This document shows positions 1 through 11,141 of a DNA stretch of 64,000 nucleotides, in pieces. The DNA lies in assembly GCA_040285825.1 (NCBI GenBank), contig JAUPSS010000007.1:2330689-2394688 (forward strand), read 5' to 3'. The translations under genes were made by a program, and so were the position numbers. The DNA is from Eukaryota sp. TZLM1-RC (taxonomy: Eukaryota; Protista; Metamonada: BaSk clade). The notes under the pieces are model-generated. The model worked only from the letters and a program-made list of their open reading frames with translations. It did not search any database and was not told where the DNA came from. Numbering within the stretch: the stretch's first letter is position 1; each line of letters starts with the position of its first letter.

Positions 1-1500
1 GTTCTCTCAGATAATAACAAGTATATGGAGTCCATCCCTATCTACAAGGGAACTGTCAAAGCCAACAAACCCACGACTTTTTCTGCAAGTTGCTTTAAGT
101 TAACTACTGTCAGCATGGTGCTTGGCCGTGATAGTGCCGAACTTAACATCCAGGCTTATGAACCTAAATCTTTCGTTTGTGCTGACTGGTTTTTAATCAG
201 TGACGGTAAACATTTCAAGCTTAAGAGTGCCTTCAGAAAGGGCGATCACCGCATGTCCATCAAGCTTACTCCTGAGGAAGTTCAATCGGTTCGTTCTTCT
301 GGCTTTTCTATCTTCCAAATCTCTCTCCATGTCATAGACTATATCAGAGACGTTGTTGAATTCTACAACATCATCAAACGAGAAGACCCACTCGCAATTA
401 AGAAGCTCATTGAAGACCAAATGGGTTTTGTCTATGAAAACAGAAACGCTGACTGGATCGACCCAATTAAGGTTGAACCATTTATTCAAAGTGGTGATGG
501 TTTGTTCAACTTCCCCATTTCTAAATGTAGTCATTGCTATGACCAAGTTCAACACTGTTGAGGCCTTCATTACCAGTGCTACTCTTTCCCGTGCTGGTCA
601 CTCCGCTATGGCCCTCCGTGACCCAGATACTCGTGAACTCTTTATTGTTGAAAATCAGCCCGCTCCAAGGTATCGTCAACCTTTTTTTTCTCACTCCAGA
701 AACGTTTTCCGAACTCCTTTCAAACAATGGATGGAGGAACTAACCAATGGAACCTTCGATAATTGTTTTGCTTCTCATTGTGCTGCCGTGTGGATGCCCT
801 TGAGTGACAAGGCTAGAGCTGCCTTTGATGAACAAAAAGCCTGGGAGTACTTCTTGGTTGCCGAAAAACACTTCCCTTATTCGTATGTAATGTTTCTAGG
901 ACTAACATTAGCGATTTCGCTGAAGCTTTCTCTGGAATTGACTCCACTGATCCCAACAGCTGGGCCCAACCTTTGTCTCCCAGTCTCTTGCCATTCATTG
1001 GTATCCTCGCTGACAGCTTCCTTCCTGACATGAGAGACGCTTACTTGCTCAGAGGGTTTGAAAAGCGTTTGAACCTCAAGGATGGACACTTTAAGACCTT
1101 TGCCCAGATTCTGGAATACTGCCACGAACATGACTTGGATATTGTTGAAATCGCCGCCATTCCTGAGCGTGACGAATGGATGTATGGCGGTCTTCCTTCT
1201 CTTCATTGTTCCTCATTAGTGTTCTCTATCCTCAAAGCTTCTGGTATGGTAGACGCCCTAACTGGAGGAAAGGGGGATATGATTCAAGCTACCGAAATGA
1301 CTCCTCGAGATATCTATCATTTGGGCATTTACAAGACTGGTCGCCCCTCAGTTTGTGATGTTGATGATCTCCCCTATTGTCAAATCTTGGGCAACTTTAA
1401 GGTTGAACTTCCTGGATTTAACAGTGTACCTTTGTATCCACATATGAATGAAAAGTGCTTCATCAATCCTGTATCTCCAAGAACACCTGAAAATTGTTAG
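1..1500 (+). CDS. Permuted papain-like NlpC/P60-superfamily amidase; 5'-partial, 3 exons (introns 500-530 and 883-911)
   Basis: Frame is open from base 1. Splicing joins the three ORFs: IQSGD|VIAMTK..RAGHSAMAL (His motif), FPYS|DFAE, then LHCSSLVFSILKASG (Cys motif) and EMTPRDIY. His-before-Cys order is typical of permuted NlpC/P60 enzymes. Confidence 0.7.
500..530 (+). other. Spliceosomal intron, 31 nt
   Basis: GTTTGT...TCTAAATGTAG; removal fuses ORF 25..561 to ORF 353..1033 in frame. Confidence 0.85.
883..911 (+). other. Spliceosomal intron, 29 nt
   Basis: GTATGT...ACTAACATTAG; removal fuses to the frame of ORF 973..1500. Confidence 0.9.
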
Positions 1501-1618
1501 ATTTTAGTATTCTTTACGATGGCGCCCTGTAAATGATAAATATATTGCGTTGTGTGTTTATTTTATAACCATTCTATTTTCCATATTTAATTGAATAAAA
1601 ACATATACAAAATAAGAC

Positions 1619-4189
1619 CTACATTAAACTACATCCACAGCAAGAAGAGCAGCATCGCTTCTCCAATCTAGACTTTAACTCATCTCTTTCTTCTTCCAGT
1701 GATTCGCTATATTCTAACAACGACTTGTACATTTGTTCAGTTGGTCTTCCAGCAATGATATTAGAATGGCCAAACAAATGAAATTCAATTCCAGAGGAGA
1801 GGTAATGTAGGAAATCATCATGGTGATCAACATAAAAGAGCTCACAATAACCAAAGTCGCCACCGTTCCATAAATCGGGCAACCTAGAGGTCATTTCCAA
1901 TGAATCAGCATGGGGAAAATTAAATTCAAGAAATAAAGAACCATATTGCTTTGGATCAATGTTGGATAAATCAGAAATAGATAAAGATACTGCCGATATC
2001 AGATTCAATTCATTAAGAACTGGTGTATATTCAAGGGATAACGAAGGACCAACTGAAACTGCAGAACTAGACTTGAACTCTACATTAGATTTCAATTGAA
2101 GCATAAAAGTTCCCTTTTTCAAGGCACTTTCTTCATCAATTTTTAAAGTAAAAGTACCTAATAATTCATCAGGAATCTGAGACAACTCAGCAACTATATC
2201 ATTTTCTTTGATAATAGTTCTTGACTTATCAATTCCAGAAGATTTAAGAGCAGAATATGCTTCTGTCAAGTCATCAATAATCGACTCGAAACAATCAATC
2301 GTAATCAATCGTGATTGACTTGTCGAAAAATCAGTTACTTTAATCTGCAGACTGGAAACTTCATCTGAATTTGAAAACTTTGTGGAGCAAATTGAAATTG
2401 ATAAATCAAAAGCCAGCCCCAATTCAGCACACAAAAAGTTACCCTGTTCAATCAAAAATTCAACGCGAGTCAAATTCTTTATGAGCTCTGACGTAGGACA
2501 ATTTCTCCTAGTCAACTGTGCAATAAAATCAGCAATAGAATCTGGTAATATTTCAGATGGTGGATTTTGAGGATCAATAAAGATCAAAATATCGGAAAAA
2601 CAAGGACCTATCAGAATGACGTCACCAGAGTTCATTTTTATGGTATTTCCTTGACTCAACCATTTATTGTTAACTGCCACAACATAATCATCGACTAGCT
2701 CAATCAAAAATGATTGATCGTCATCAACAGAAACTTCCAAAAATGATGATTTAAGTTTTGAACCAAGAAAGGAACTTAATCGAATATCAGAATTGTCCAA
2801 ATAACCTATTCTAGTAACAGAAGCAGACAACTTGGAAACAAACACGCCATCCAAGGTAGAAGAATTTCCAAATAGAAAAGAGATTGGAAGACTTACAAGG
2901 AAAGGCGTTGAGATTTCAAGAGAAGTCAAGTCACTGAAGTCATCAATGGTCAAAAACAATGATTTTTGGTCATCATCTTCGATCAATTTGATAGTTTTAT
3001 CTTTTTCTTCTTTTTCATTACCCGTCACCATTGCCAATATTTCATTATAGTCTTCCAATAGATTCTGTTGAGCTTTATTTGACTCTGATAAATTCTTTTT
3101 CAATTCACTGATTTCCTCTTTCAGCTCATTAATCATTTTGATTTTTGGACAAACATTAACCACAGGTTTGACTGGAATTTGCCTTGCCCTTGCAGCAAAC
3201 TGTAGGGCTCCAAGAGTCTCTCCATAATGAACCCCAGCAGGGGAGATGGCAACAATAATAAATGTTAAGGAATTACCACCAAGACTATTGGAGAGAAGGT
3301 GGGTGAGGACAGAAGAGCGGTACGAGATAAATGATTTTCTGTTGGGATTCTTGGCAGCATCAGAGAGCCTTTGAACGACATTACCAAGTGCTAATAGAGA
3401 TTTGTTAATATTAGCTGCTTCTCTAAGTCTAGCTCCAGAGGCATTAGTTTTTGACTGTCTCTCACTCCCAGCCAAATCAATCAAATTGGTTTCCGATGCT
3501 ATTTCTGTCCCATCTTGAAACTTCCTTGTTAGCGAAATCTTGACAATACAGTGACTTCTACTTGATTCTGAATTCATGGTCGTCGAGGCTACTGCTCTGT
3601 TCTTATGAGACAGGTTAATTAGCTTCTGCAATTCCTTTTCTGATTCAACCTTACATCTTGTTAGTTTAGGAACCACGACTCCCAAGGTCTTGCATTGTCG
3701 TGGTACCAGTCGTGCTTTGTTGGAAGGATCAAGGAGGTCATGGATGATCTCGTTATACACTTCCAGCACGGAAACATGAAGTGAGACCGACTTTTGTTCG
3801 GATGGTTCCAGATTAGTGTACTCGTGGAAGAGATTCTTACTGAAGAGGGGAACAAGGCCAGGATGGGAGGATGACCCGAATAGAGTGTATGTTTTACCAG
3901 AGGAAGTTTGTCCATAAGCAAATATACTGCTATTCATTCCTTTCCACAGAGCATCCATGGCAGGTTTCCCAATGGTTTCATAGACATCATCTTGGGTAGA
4001 ATAAGGTTTAGAAGTATCAAATGACCAGAAAATGTTATCAAATGCAAAGGTGCGATCACTGTTTCTGACAGGATCTGTAAGGTGCAGGATGTTGTCAGAC
4101 ATACGAGCAACTGGTGCTGTATTAGTAGCAGATTCGGAAGAATTGAATGGGCGAATACGAACGCTTACATTGATGTTACTGTCGGACAT
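1619..4189 (-). CDS. Kinesin, N-terminal motor, kinesin-3-like (856 aa), C-terminal CaaX
   Basis: Likely start MSDSNINVSVRIRP at 4189; P-loop FAYGQTSSGKT, NSESSRSH, LIDLAGSER; short neck coil, FHA-like beta region; ends CCSSCCGCSLM. Confidence 0.93.
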   Translation of the reverse strand: MSDSNINVSVRIRPFNSSESATNTAPVARMSDNILHLTDPVRNSDRTFAFDNIFWSFDTSKPYSTQDDVYETIGKPAMDALWKGMNSSIFAYGQTSSGKTYTLFGSSSHPGLVPLFSKNLFHEYTNLEPSEQKSVSLHVSVLEVYNEIIHDLLDPSNKARLVPRQCKTLGVVVPKLTRCKVESEKELQKLINLSHKNRAVASTTMNSESSRSHCIVKISLTRKFQDGTEIASETNLIDLAGSERQSKTNASGARLREAANINKSLLALGNVVQRLSDAAKNPNRKSFISYRSSVLTHLLSNSLGGNSLTFIIVAISPAGVHYGETLGALQFAARARQIPVKPVVNVCPKIKMINELKEEISELKKNLSESNKAQQNLLEDYNEILAMVTGNEKEEKDKTIKLIEDDDQKSLFLTIDDFSDLTSLEISTPFLVSLPISFLFGNSSTLDGVFVSKLSASVTRIGYLDNSDIRLSSFLGSKLKSSFLEVSVDDDQSFLIELVDDYVVAVNNKWLSQGNTIKMNSGDVILIGPCFSDILIFIDPQNPPSEILPDSIADFIAQLTRRNCPTSELIKNLTRVEFLIEQGNFLCAELGLAFDLSISICSTKFSNSDEVSSLQIKVTDFSTSQSRLITIDCFESIIDDLTEAYSALKSSGIDKSRTIIKENDIVAELSQIPDELLGTFTLKIDEESALKKGTFMLQLKSNVEFKSSSAVSVGPSLSLEYTPVLNELNLISAVSLSISDLSNIDPKQYGSLFLEFNFPHADSLEMTSRLPDLWNGGDFGYCELFYVDHHDDFLHYLSSGIEFHLFGHSNIIAGRPTEQMYKSLLEYSESLEEERDELKSRLEKRCCSSCCGCSLM

Positions 4190-4656
4190 GATCCAACAAC
4201 TTTGAGGAAAAAAAGATGTGGATTTATAGATGCCAAAATTGGCAAAAATTGGCACAGAAATTAAACTCTTCAACACAGATTTCCAAAAATGCTGGAGTAG
4301 AGTTGGATTAAAAATGTACCTTTGTATTAAGGAAGCATTGACAACCATTGTGTAATTGATCGTGATCGTCATTCTTCCTATTGATTTTTTCCAAATACCT
4401 TGCCAACCATACAACTTACATTCACAAAGTGGACAACTACGGCATCACCACCAGTTGAAATGGTGACAATAACATTTAGGTAATCATGATTGGCAAGGGG
4501 ATGATTCTCATTGTGAACCTGTTCCTAATTTATTTTACGCATATCAGCAAAAAAATTTTATTCGAAAATAATGTTTGATGTTATGTATTTGTCACAAAAT
4601 TTAATCACACCGCATTGCTTTAATGAAAAACACTCGAATTCGAACAGAGCAATAAA

Positions 4657-5862
4657 TTAATTATTTCCAATTTTCAAAACACTGGCAATTTCAGCAATTC
4701 CTTTAAGAACTTCATCCTTAGTTGTAAACAATCCAAATGATACCCTTACTGTCCCTAAACTCCTCTCGTCATCCACTCCGATTGCTTTCAATGTAGATGA
4801 AGGCTTTACGCAACTAGAATGACATGCAGCTCCTGCGCTGAGAAGAACCTTATCTGCCAGTCTCGAAACGATCTCAGCCCCTGAAACACTACCTTTCTTC
4901 TCAAAAAAGACAGATAGTGTATTTGGGAGGACTAGTTCTGATGTAGAATCCACATTACACCCAAATTCAACCCCCAACGAATCACACTTCCTTGTCATCT
5001 CCTCCATGAATAGTTTCTTCAACCCTCTCATGTACTCAGCTCTTTCTTCAATTCCTTCACTTACAATGTCTAATGCCTTACTCAAAGCCACAGCATGATG
5101 GACCGCTTCTGTCCCTGCTCTCAACCCCCTTTCCTGTCCCCCTCCCTTGATGGTCCCGTCAATCGTAACTCCTCTGCGTATGATCAACATACCGCTGCCT
5201 TTGGGAGCATAGAATTTATGGCCAGTGATGGTCATTAGGTCAACATTTAGTTCTCTAAAAGAAACCGGAAGCTTTCCAATTATTTGCGAAGCATCTGTGT
5301 GAAAAACAATTTCCATTTTTCCCTTAAAATGCTGAATAATGTTTGAAATTTTACTTATAGGTTGAACAGTTCCAATCTCATTATTAGCAGTCATAATAGA
5401 TATAAATAAATTAGTTACACCAATTTTGCATAAGTGATCTAATTCAGAGTAAAGGAAATCTAAATCAACAAAACCAGATGAATTGACAGGAATAATGGAT
5501 TGAGAAACTGGAAAATAATCACAAAGAAAGCCACAAGGCTTTGCAACACTTGGATGTTCAAAACAAGAGCACAAAACATGAAACTTTGAGTTGGAGTCTG
5601 GTGAAAAGCGTTGGAAAAACCATCCCTGGATGGCGATATTGTTGCTTTCTGAACCGCTCGCCGTAAAAACTATTTCATCTGCGTTACATTGAAGAAGAGA
5701 GGACACGTTGAGTCGGCTATTTTGGAGTATCTGCTTAGCGAGCTTGCCAGATATGTGATTTGAACTCGGGTTGGACCAATAGTTGTGAAGGGTGTGTGAT
5801 ATCGAATCTATGACATCTGGATGTATAGGAGTCGTGGCATTGTAGTCGAAATTGATGACCAT
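4657..5862 (-). CDS. Class V PLP aminotransferase: cysteine desulfurase / selenocysteine lyase-like
   Basis: FDYNATTP, NPSS, FTASGSESNN, EHPSV, HTDASQ, TGHKFYAPKG (PLP lysine), GGGQERGLRAGTE, SAGAACHS (catalytic Cys). Confidence 0.92.
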   Translation of the reverse strand: MVINFDYNATTPIHPDVIDSISHTLHNYWSNPSSNHISGKLAKQILQNSRLNVSSLLQCNADEIVFTASGSESNNIAIQGWFFQRFSPDSNSKFHVLCSCFEHPSVAKPCGFLCDYFPVSQSIIPVNSSGFVDLDFLYSELDHLCKIGVTNLFISIMTANNEIGTVQPISKISNIIQHFKGKMEIVFHTDASQIIGKLPVSFRELNVDLMTITGHKFYAPKGSGMLIIRRGVTIDGTIKGGGQERGLRAGTEAVHHAVALSKALDIVSEGIEERAEYMRGLKKLFMEEMTRKCDSLGVEFGCNVDSTSELVLPNTLSVFFEKKGSVSGAEIVSRLADKVLLSAGAACHSSCVKPSSTLKAIGVDDERSLGTVRVSFGLFTTKDEVLKGIAEIASVLKIGNN

Positions 5863-6749
5863 ATGTAATGGGGTCTAGTTACCCAGAGTCTTTATTTATT
5901 TGTGGGGAGAAGTGTATGTTGTTGTGAAAGGTTTTGTTTTTGCTACCAAAAGATTTTTAATCAATTTCATTTATTTTTAAAACTACAATCTACAAATCAA
6001 TATCTTCAAAACAAGCTTCCAAACCATCAAACCTTACAGTAGCAATGTCTTCCTAATGTGCACTGACATACATCAAAGCTTTCGAAATCATTTTAGGAAT
6101 TGATTTGAAAATAGTAAAAACAATACGATTTAGCCACAAGAGACGATCAAAACGCTAATTCATTTTTCTTTTTCAAAATCATCATTAAAATTCATGGCAG
6201 TTTTTCCAAGGCGTCCATACAACGATATGGCAAATGGACAAGTTTGGTAATCTACATGGCGAACATGTTTTAATCCATTTAAAGGATTTGCATATTTTTT
6301 CCTTTTATACAATTCTGAATCGTCAAGGGGAGGTACTTCGGATTGTGCATTTCTCAAGGCATTTTTTTGCAAACATTCACTGTAACGACATCAACAACAT
6401 TCAAGACATCATCAAATGAGGGCACAACAAGATCAGCACGTCGTTTTCCATGTTCTGAATCTCTTACGTGTTCATTTATATAAAGAGACCTCAACAAAGG
6501 TTCCACAAATGATTCAATATGATAGGAATTACACATTGCATGGATTTGATCTCTGACTGCATCATGCAACAGGGATGACTAAAGTGGTCCAAAAAATGAA
6601 ATTAAAGTACTTTATTTACTTTAAGCTTTACTTTAAACTTTAAGCTTTAAGCTCTAAAATTGGCTAAAGTGGTATAAAGTAGTGAACGCTTCTTTCTTTA
6701 CTCTCCACCCCTTTCTCACTTCATTTTTCTTATATATTTTCTTTTGTTA

Positions 6750-7226
6750 ATGACTTCACTCCCTTGTGAGGCTTGGACGAATGTCTGTCAAGTCAACGAA
6801 GTTGTTTCAAAGACTTGTGCGCGCTTTCAATGTCTATTATGCGATGAGGTCTATTCTGTCAACCGATGGGCAATGGAAGGGCATTATGTACCTGACCTAC
6901 TACCTAAAAGACAGGTACCGTTATGCAACCAAATAGGGTGTCCTGAGAGTAACAATGGTAAGAAGGTTGCAGACTTACGAGTGTATCTAGCTACACATTC
7001 TAGACAACGCAAAAGACGAGCTTCCAGTATCAATAGTCCAGCTCCTAGACAAGCACTTCCGTCCTTTTCAAGTCCTTCTCCACTTACTCCTTTTAGAGGA
7101 GGAAGAAGTAGTTCAAAGAAGTATTGGGACTGGCTGAATGGTGCAGATGTCCCCAATGAACCTGATGAGTTGGAAGTAAGTAGCGGGGTGTCATCCGATG
7201 AAGATGTAATTGAGATCCATGAGTAG
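6750..7226 (+). CDS. Small zinc-finger-like ORF carried inside the hAT element (158 aa)
   Basis: W..FQCLLCDEVY..MEGH (BED/C2H2-like), CNQIGC..YLATH, basic RQRKRR stretch, acidic tail; no transposase catalytic domain. Confidence 0.5.
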   Translation: MTSLPCEAWTNVCQVNEVVSKTCARFQCLLCDEVYSVNRWAMEGHYVPDLLPKRQVPLCNQIGCPESNNGKKVADLRVYLATHSRQRKRRASSINSPAPRQALPSFSSPSPLTPFRGGRSSSKKYWDWLNGADVPNEPDELEVSSGVSSDEDVIEIHE

Positions 7227-7438
7227 AAGAGTGTTGGTGCTCATCCACCACATACTTATTTTTTCAATCAGTTTTTGATGAGTTTCTGAATAAATGTTAG
7301 GTTTTGTTATCTTATGGTGAATTGAAAAGTTACCTTACTTGAAGAGGATTTCGTAAATAGAATGTTCTCAATTAAAATGTACAACATGTTTGTCAAACCA
7401 AATAATGATGACTCTACTTTATCAAAAAAAGATTCTTT

Positions 7439-7468
7439 AAAGTAAAGTAAAGTAAAGTAAAGTAAAGT
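7439..7468 (+). repeat. (AAGTA)n subterminal tandem repeat of the hAT element
   Basis: About 6 copies of AAAGT just inside the right TIR. Confidence 0.85.
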
Positions 7469-9590
7469 GCTTAAAGTACTTTACCACTTTAGTTATCCCT
7501 GTCATGCAATGTAGAAGGATAAGAAGTAAATCTGTTACAATTGAATAAATGTGAAAATGTCAAACCAGCTCCACATTTGCAAAACAGATGATTGGGCAAA
7601 TTACAGGGCCACAAATAACAACCCATCCTCATGGTAGTAGTCCATTAGTTGTCATTTAAAATAACCCATAAGTTTGGGGAATTGGTTCAGCAAAACTGCA
7701 GATGAACTCTCCGTTAAATCAAAAATTTTGCAGAAGCAAGATTTTGTTGCTTAGCTGTGCTAAGTTGAACAATAAAATCCTTACTTTTCAGATTTTTTCA
7801 GATGTTTTTGGTGTCTTTTCAGTGCAAACTTCAATGAAGAGATACCTCTTTCTACATTGTCTTGAATAGCAATAAGGAAACATGTTTGCCATAAGTCAGA
7901 AGACAAACCTGATACTTCTTCCCTTAAATAATCTGAAGAAAAAAAAGTTTATTTTTTGTATAGAAAAAAATAGACTAAATATTTGTGGATACAAAATTGA
8001 ATAAACATTAAAAACATAATCATAAACAATAGAAGAAGATGTTCGTTTCTGTCAACTTAAGCTCTTCCATATCATCCAGATATTTTCAATATTTTTTTAC
8101 ACAATGAATTTGGATAGATCTGCATTATTCAATTCTCTTCTCTGAACCAAAATGTAATTTGCAACACATAATCATGAAAGAAGAACAAAAATAGAAAAAT
8201 ATTTTAAAAGTTGTCAGTTCAATCGCACAAAGAATGATCTTTATCAGACTTAATTTCATTCAACTACGGTGTTTCTTCAAGCAAAGGCTTTTTGATGCAC
8301 AAATTTCTTTCCTTTCTAATCACATGAAACCAGAACCTCTGGCAACATCATGTATGGAATAATTGCAATCATTTGGGAATAAATGGCAGCATAATATGAG
8401 GTGAGTTGCCGAGAATTCACATAAGCGCAGTTGTCATAAGGCAAGTTCTCAGTTGGAATAATAAAATGCAAACTCAATTCTGTTGGAATGGCTTTATAAA
8501 TTCAATAATTTCTTATTAGTTTCGTGGATAACTCTTACTATTTGCTATTCTTGATTGTTCTATCCTACTATTATTTTACATATTTCTTCATTCTATTCAC
8601 ATTTTTTTCTCAATTTCTCCTTTACTTTTGCTTTCTTTTTTGCCTTTTTCCCATTATTTGAATATATATGCAACTTCTAATTCTTCTTTCCTGACATGAA
8701 TTTTGTTAGAAAATTTTCTCATACATTATTAGTAGAACAATCCTTTTCAAAAAGAATTATTTATTCCAACGAAAAACTTAACAACAAACTCAGAACTCTA
8801 TATCTTCATATCCAAATCACCCAAAAAGAATTAATTGGAAGTTTTCCCTTCATACAAACGACCAAGAGATTGACTGGAATGAGATAGACTGGTCAAAGAT
8901 GTGATTAGATTTTTTTGTTCCCGGCTTAATAATAATTAGACTGGCTAAAAAACGATTTGCTTATATTAGATTATATAATTAGATTATATGTTGAATCGAC
9001 AATATGACAGATACCTGTTTTTAACCAAGCTTCTCGTTGACCTCAAATCAACTGAACAACAGTTGTAGTTGTTATCAAAATACAAAAATTAAACCCAAGT
9101 TTATGGTTGGTTGAGATCAATTATTTTCAATACATTCAGTTAGTGGTCAAAGATTCGAAATCACATACAGCATTGTAAATTCACACAAAACCTATTGTGT
9201 AATCCTGTCCAGCTCGAATCAAGTTTCAGAGACAATTCATATAAGTAATAAATTATACAATTCTGATTGATTTTCGCCGCTCAACCTCTCTCATCTCTCT
9301 TTCAAGCTCTATTTTTCCTCACTTCTACTGAATCAATCAATAGTGTAGCAATATTAGTGAAAAAGTTGTGACGAATTAAAAATACCACTTGTCTTATGTT
9401 CACAACACCTTGAATCATAAACACAGGAACCGCTCTATGAGAAAAACACTGGTTTGATCTGTGTAATTCACATCAACGGGTCATTTCCTAAACAAATCCT
9501 GGAAACCATTTTTAGGTTATATGATTTGGATTGAGATCATTGTAGTTAATTTGAATCAAAACATATGATTATAGTTTCCTCCCTTTTGGA

Positions 9591-11141
9591 ATGCTTTCAT
9601 CAGAGGAGTTTGAGAGTCAGCTCTCTGAGTACCTTGTCAGTGACTCTATTGTTCTTTCTCTTAAGGCTAGGCTGCGTCATCATTTAAGTCAACAATTGTT
9701 AACCACTCAATCAAAAGTCACTCAACAACTTGACTTCTTTACCCGCATTGCCCATTCTATAACATGTCAACACCTTGAACAATCATGCTGCGATCTTGCT
9801 TTATCTGTCTTTTTTCCTGAAGCAAACCTCACCCCAACTTCGATCCTGTCCACAGCTGAACTCTCTCAAACCCTCCCTCGCTTATCCTTTTCCAATGTCA
9901 CCGCTCCTTCCCTCCTCACCCATCTTGTGTCCGAGTACTACAAACCTCTTCCAACCACCCTATCTTCCTCTATTCAGACAGATCCCATCTCTACCTCCCT
10001 AGAACAGACTCTTTCTCCTGCTACTTCAGTCACCCCCTCTTTTCCACCTTCTCATGATCCTCTTGTCCATAGAGAACATGAACTCTTATCTGTGATCACT
10101 GATATTCGCTGTCAGCTACGTGATGCGACCCTTGCCCACTCTCAGACTGAGGAAAGAGCTCAGAGGCTGAGCCTTGAAATTGAACAGAAGGAAGAGGAAC
10201 ACAAAAGAGTGGAAAAGGAGTTCAAACAGGCATTGAGTCAGAAAGATGAAGTAATTGAGGATTGTAGGTCAGAAATAAGCAGGAAAAGTCGAGAAATTGA
10301 CCTTTTATCACGTGAGAATAAAGATTTGATAGAGCAAGTAGAGCAGGTGAATGCCAAAAATGATACATTTTCACTGGAAAAAACACGAATTCATAATTTA
10401 AATCAAGAGTTATTGTCCCAAATAACAGCATTAAAAAGGGAATATACGGAAATAATGGAAGAATCGTCATTTAAAGATGATAAAATTAATAAACTGAGGA
10501 AAGAATTATCTAAAAATAACGAAGAAGTTGAAACTTTATCAACTGAACTTGATGAATGTAAAAGAAAATCAAGACGTCTTGAAAAGTCAAGCCATGACGT
10601 CAGCAGCTCAAAAAGAAGGATCAGATTTGAGGATCAGATTGATGAGGCTGCAGTGTCTAGACGGTATGCGGCTGTTCTTGATGAGTTGAGGAATGATAAT
10701 CAAATGTTGAGAACAGAGCTGTCAGAGGTTCAATTTAAGTATAAAGAAGCCCAGAAAACCGTTGAAACTTTGAGAAATTTGTTGAAAAAAGAGAAATTAT
10801 CTCAATCTATTGAACAATCTCCTTCAGTTCATATGCCATCCACCCTTTCTCCTGAACGACCACTCCATCCCCCCGAACCAACCACATCTACCACTACTGT
10901 GAAGAGAAGCTTATGGGATAGTGGTGTTGTCAGCATGGCTAATGTTGCCAAGAAGACGGAAGAGGAACAAGTTGAAAAGAAAGAAGAGGATCAGAATCCG
11001 AGAGAAGAGGCATTCTTTCCAGAAGTCATATCGACCCCTGTTTCCAAAAGGACATCTTCTTCTGATCAGTCTTCGGAAGTCTTTGGAATGAGCTTTTCGA
11101 GTGAGAAAAATGAAGACTTTGACAGTGATGGATTATTTTGA
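9591..11141 (+). CDS. OFD1: OFD1-like centriole/basal body protein (LisH + coiled coil)
   Basis: SLKARLRHHL (TOF-like motif) and IAHSITCQHLEQSCCDLALSVFFPEANL resembling the OFD1 LisH, followed by a long coiled coil. Confidence 0.7.
   Translation: MLSSEEFESQLSEYLVSDSIVLSLKARLRHHLSQQLLTTQSKVTQQLDFFTRIAHSITCQHLEQSCCDLALSVFFPEANLTPTSILSTAELSQTLPRLSFSNVTAPSLLTHLVSEYYKPLPTTLSSSIQTDPISTSLEQTLSPATSVTPSFPPSHDPLVHREHELLSVITDIRCQLRDATLAHSQTEERAQRLSLEIEQKEEEHKRVEKEFKQALSQKDEVIEDCRSEISRKSREIDLLSRENKDLIEQVEQVNAKNDTFSLEKTRIHNLNQELLSQITALKREYTEIMEESSFKDDKINKLRKELSKNNEEVETLSTELDECKRKSRRLEKSSHDVSSSKRRIRFEDQIDEAAVSRRYAAVLDELRNDNQMLRTELSEVQFKYKEAQKTVETLRNLLKKEKLSQSIEQSPSVHMPSTLSPERPLHPPEPTTSTTTVKRSLWDSGVVSMANVAKKTEEEQVEKKEEDQNPREEAFFPEVISTPVSKRTSSSDQSSEVFGMSFSSEKNEDFDSDGLF

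Larger units (their letters stand above)
6570..7501. mobile_element. Non-autonomous hAT-type DNA transposon, 932 bp
   Basis: 19-bp TIRs CAGGGATGACTAAAGTGGT / ACCACTTTAGTTATCCCTG (1 mismatch); 8-bp TSD TCATGCAA at 6562-6569 and 7502-7509; AAAGT/ACTTT subterminal repeats at both ends. Confidence 0.9.
5985..7930 (-). mobile_element. Decayed 3' part of an RLE-type non-LTR retrotransposon, interrupted by the hAT element at 6570-7501
   Basis: HDAVRDQIHAMC..RRADLVVP..VVDVVTV..CPFAISLYGRLG; continues after the insertion with CYLWPCNLP..CKCG..HLFNC; stops and frameshifts. Confidence 0.85.

Noticed and set aside
4190-4414. 75-aa N-terminal extension of the kinesin in the ORF track
   Set aside because: Starts at a non-ATG codon; motor homology begins at MSDSNINV (4189)
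7990-8520. Possible highly eroded retrotransposon fragment on the minus strand
   Set aside because: Only faint motif traces; boundaries and family cannot be supported
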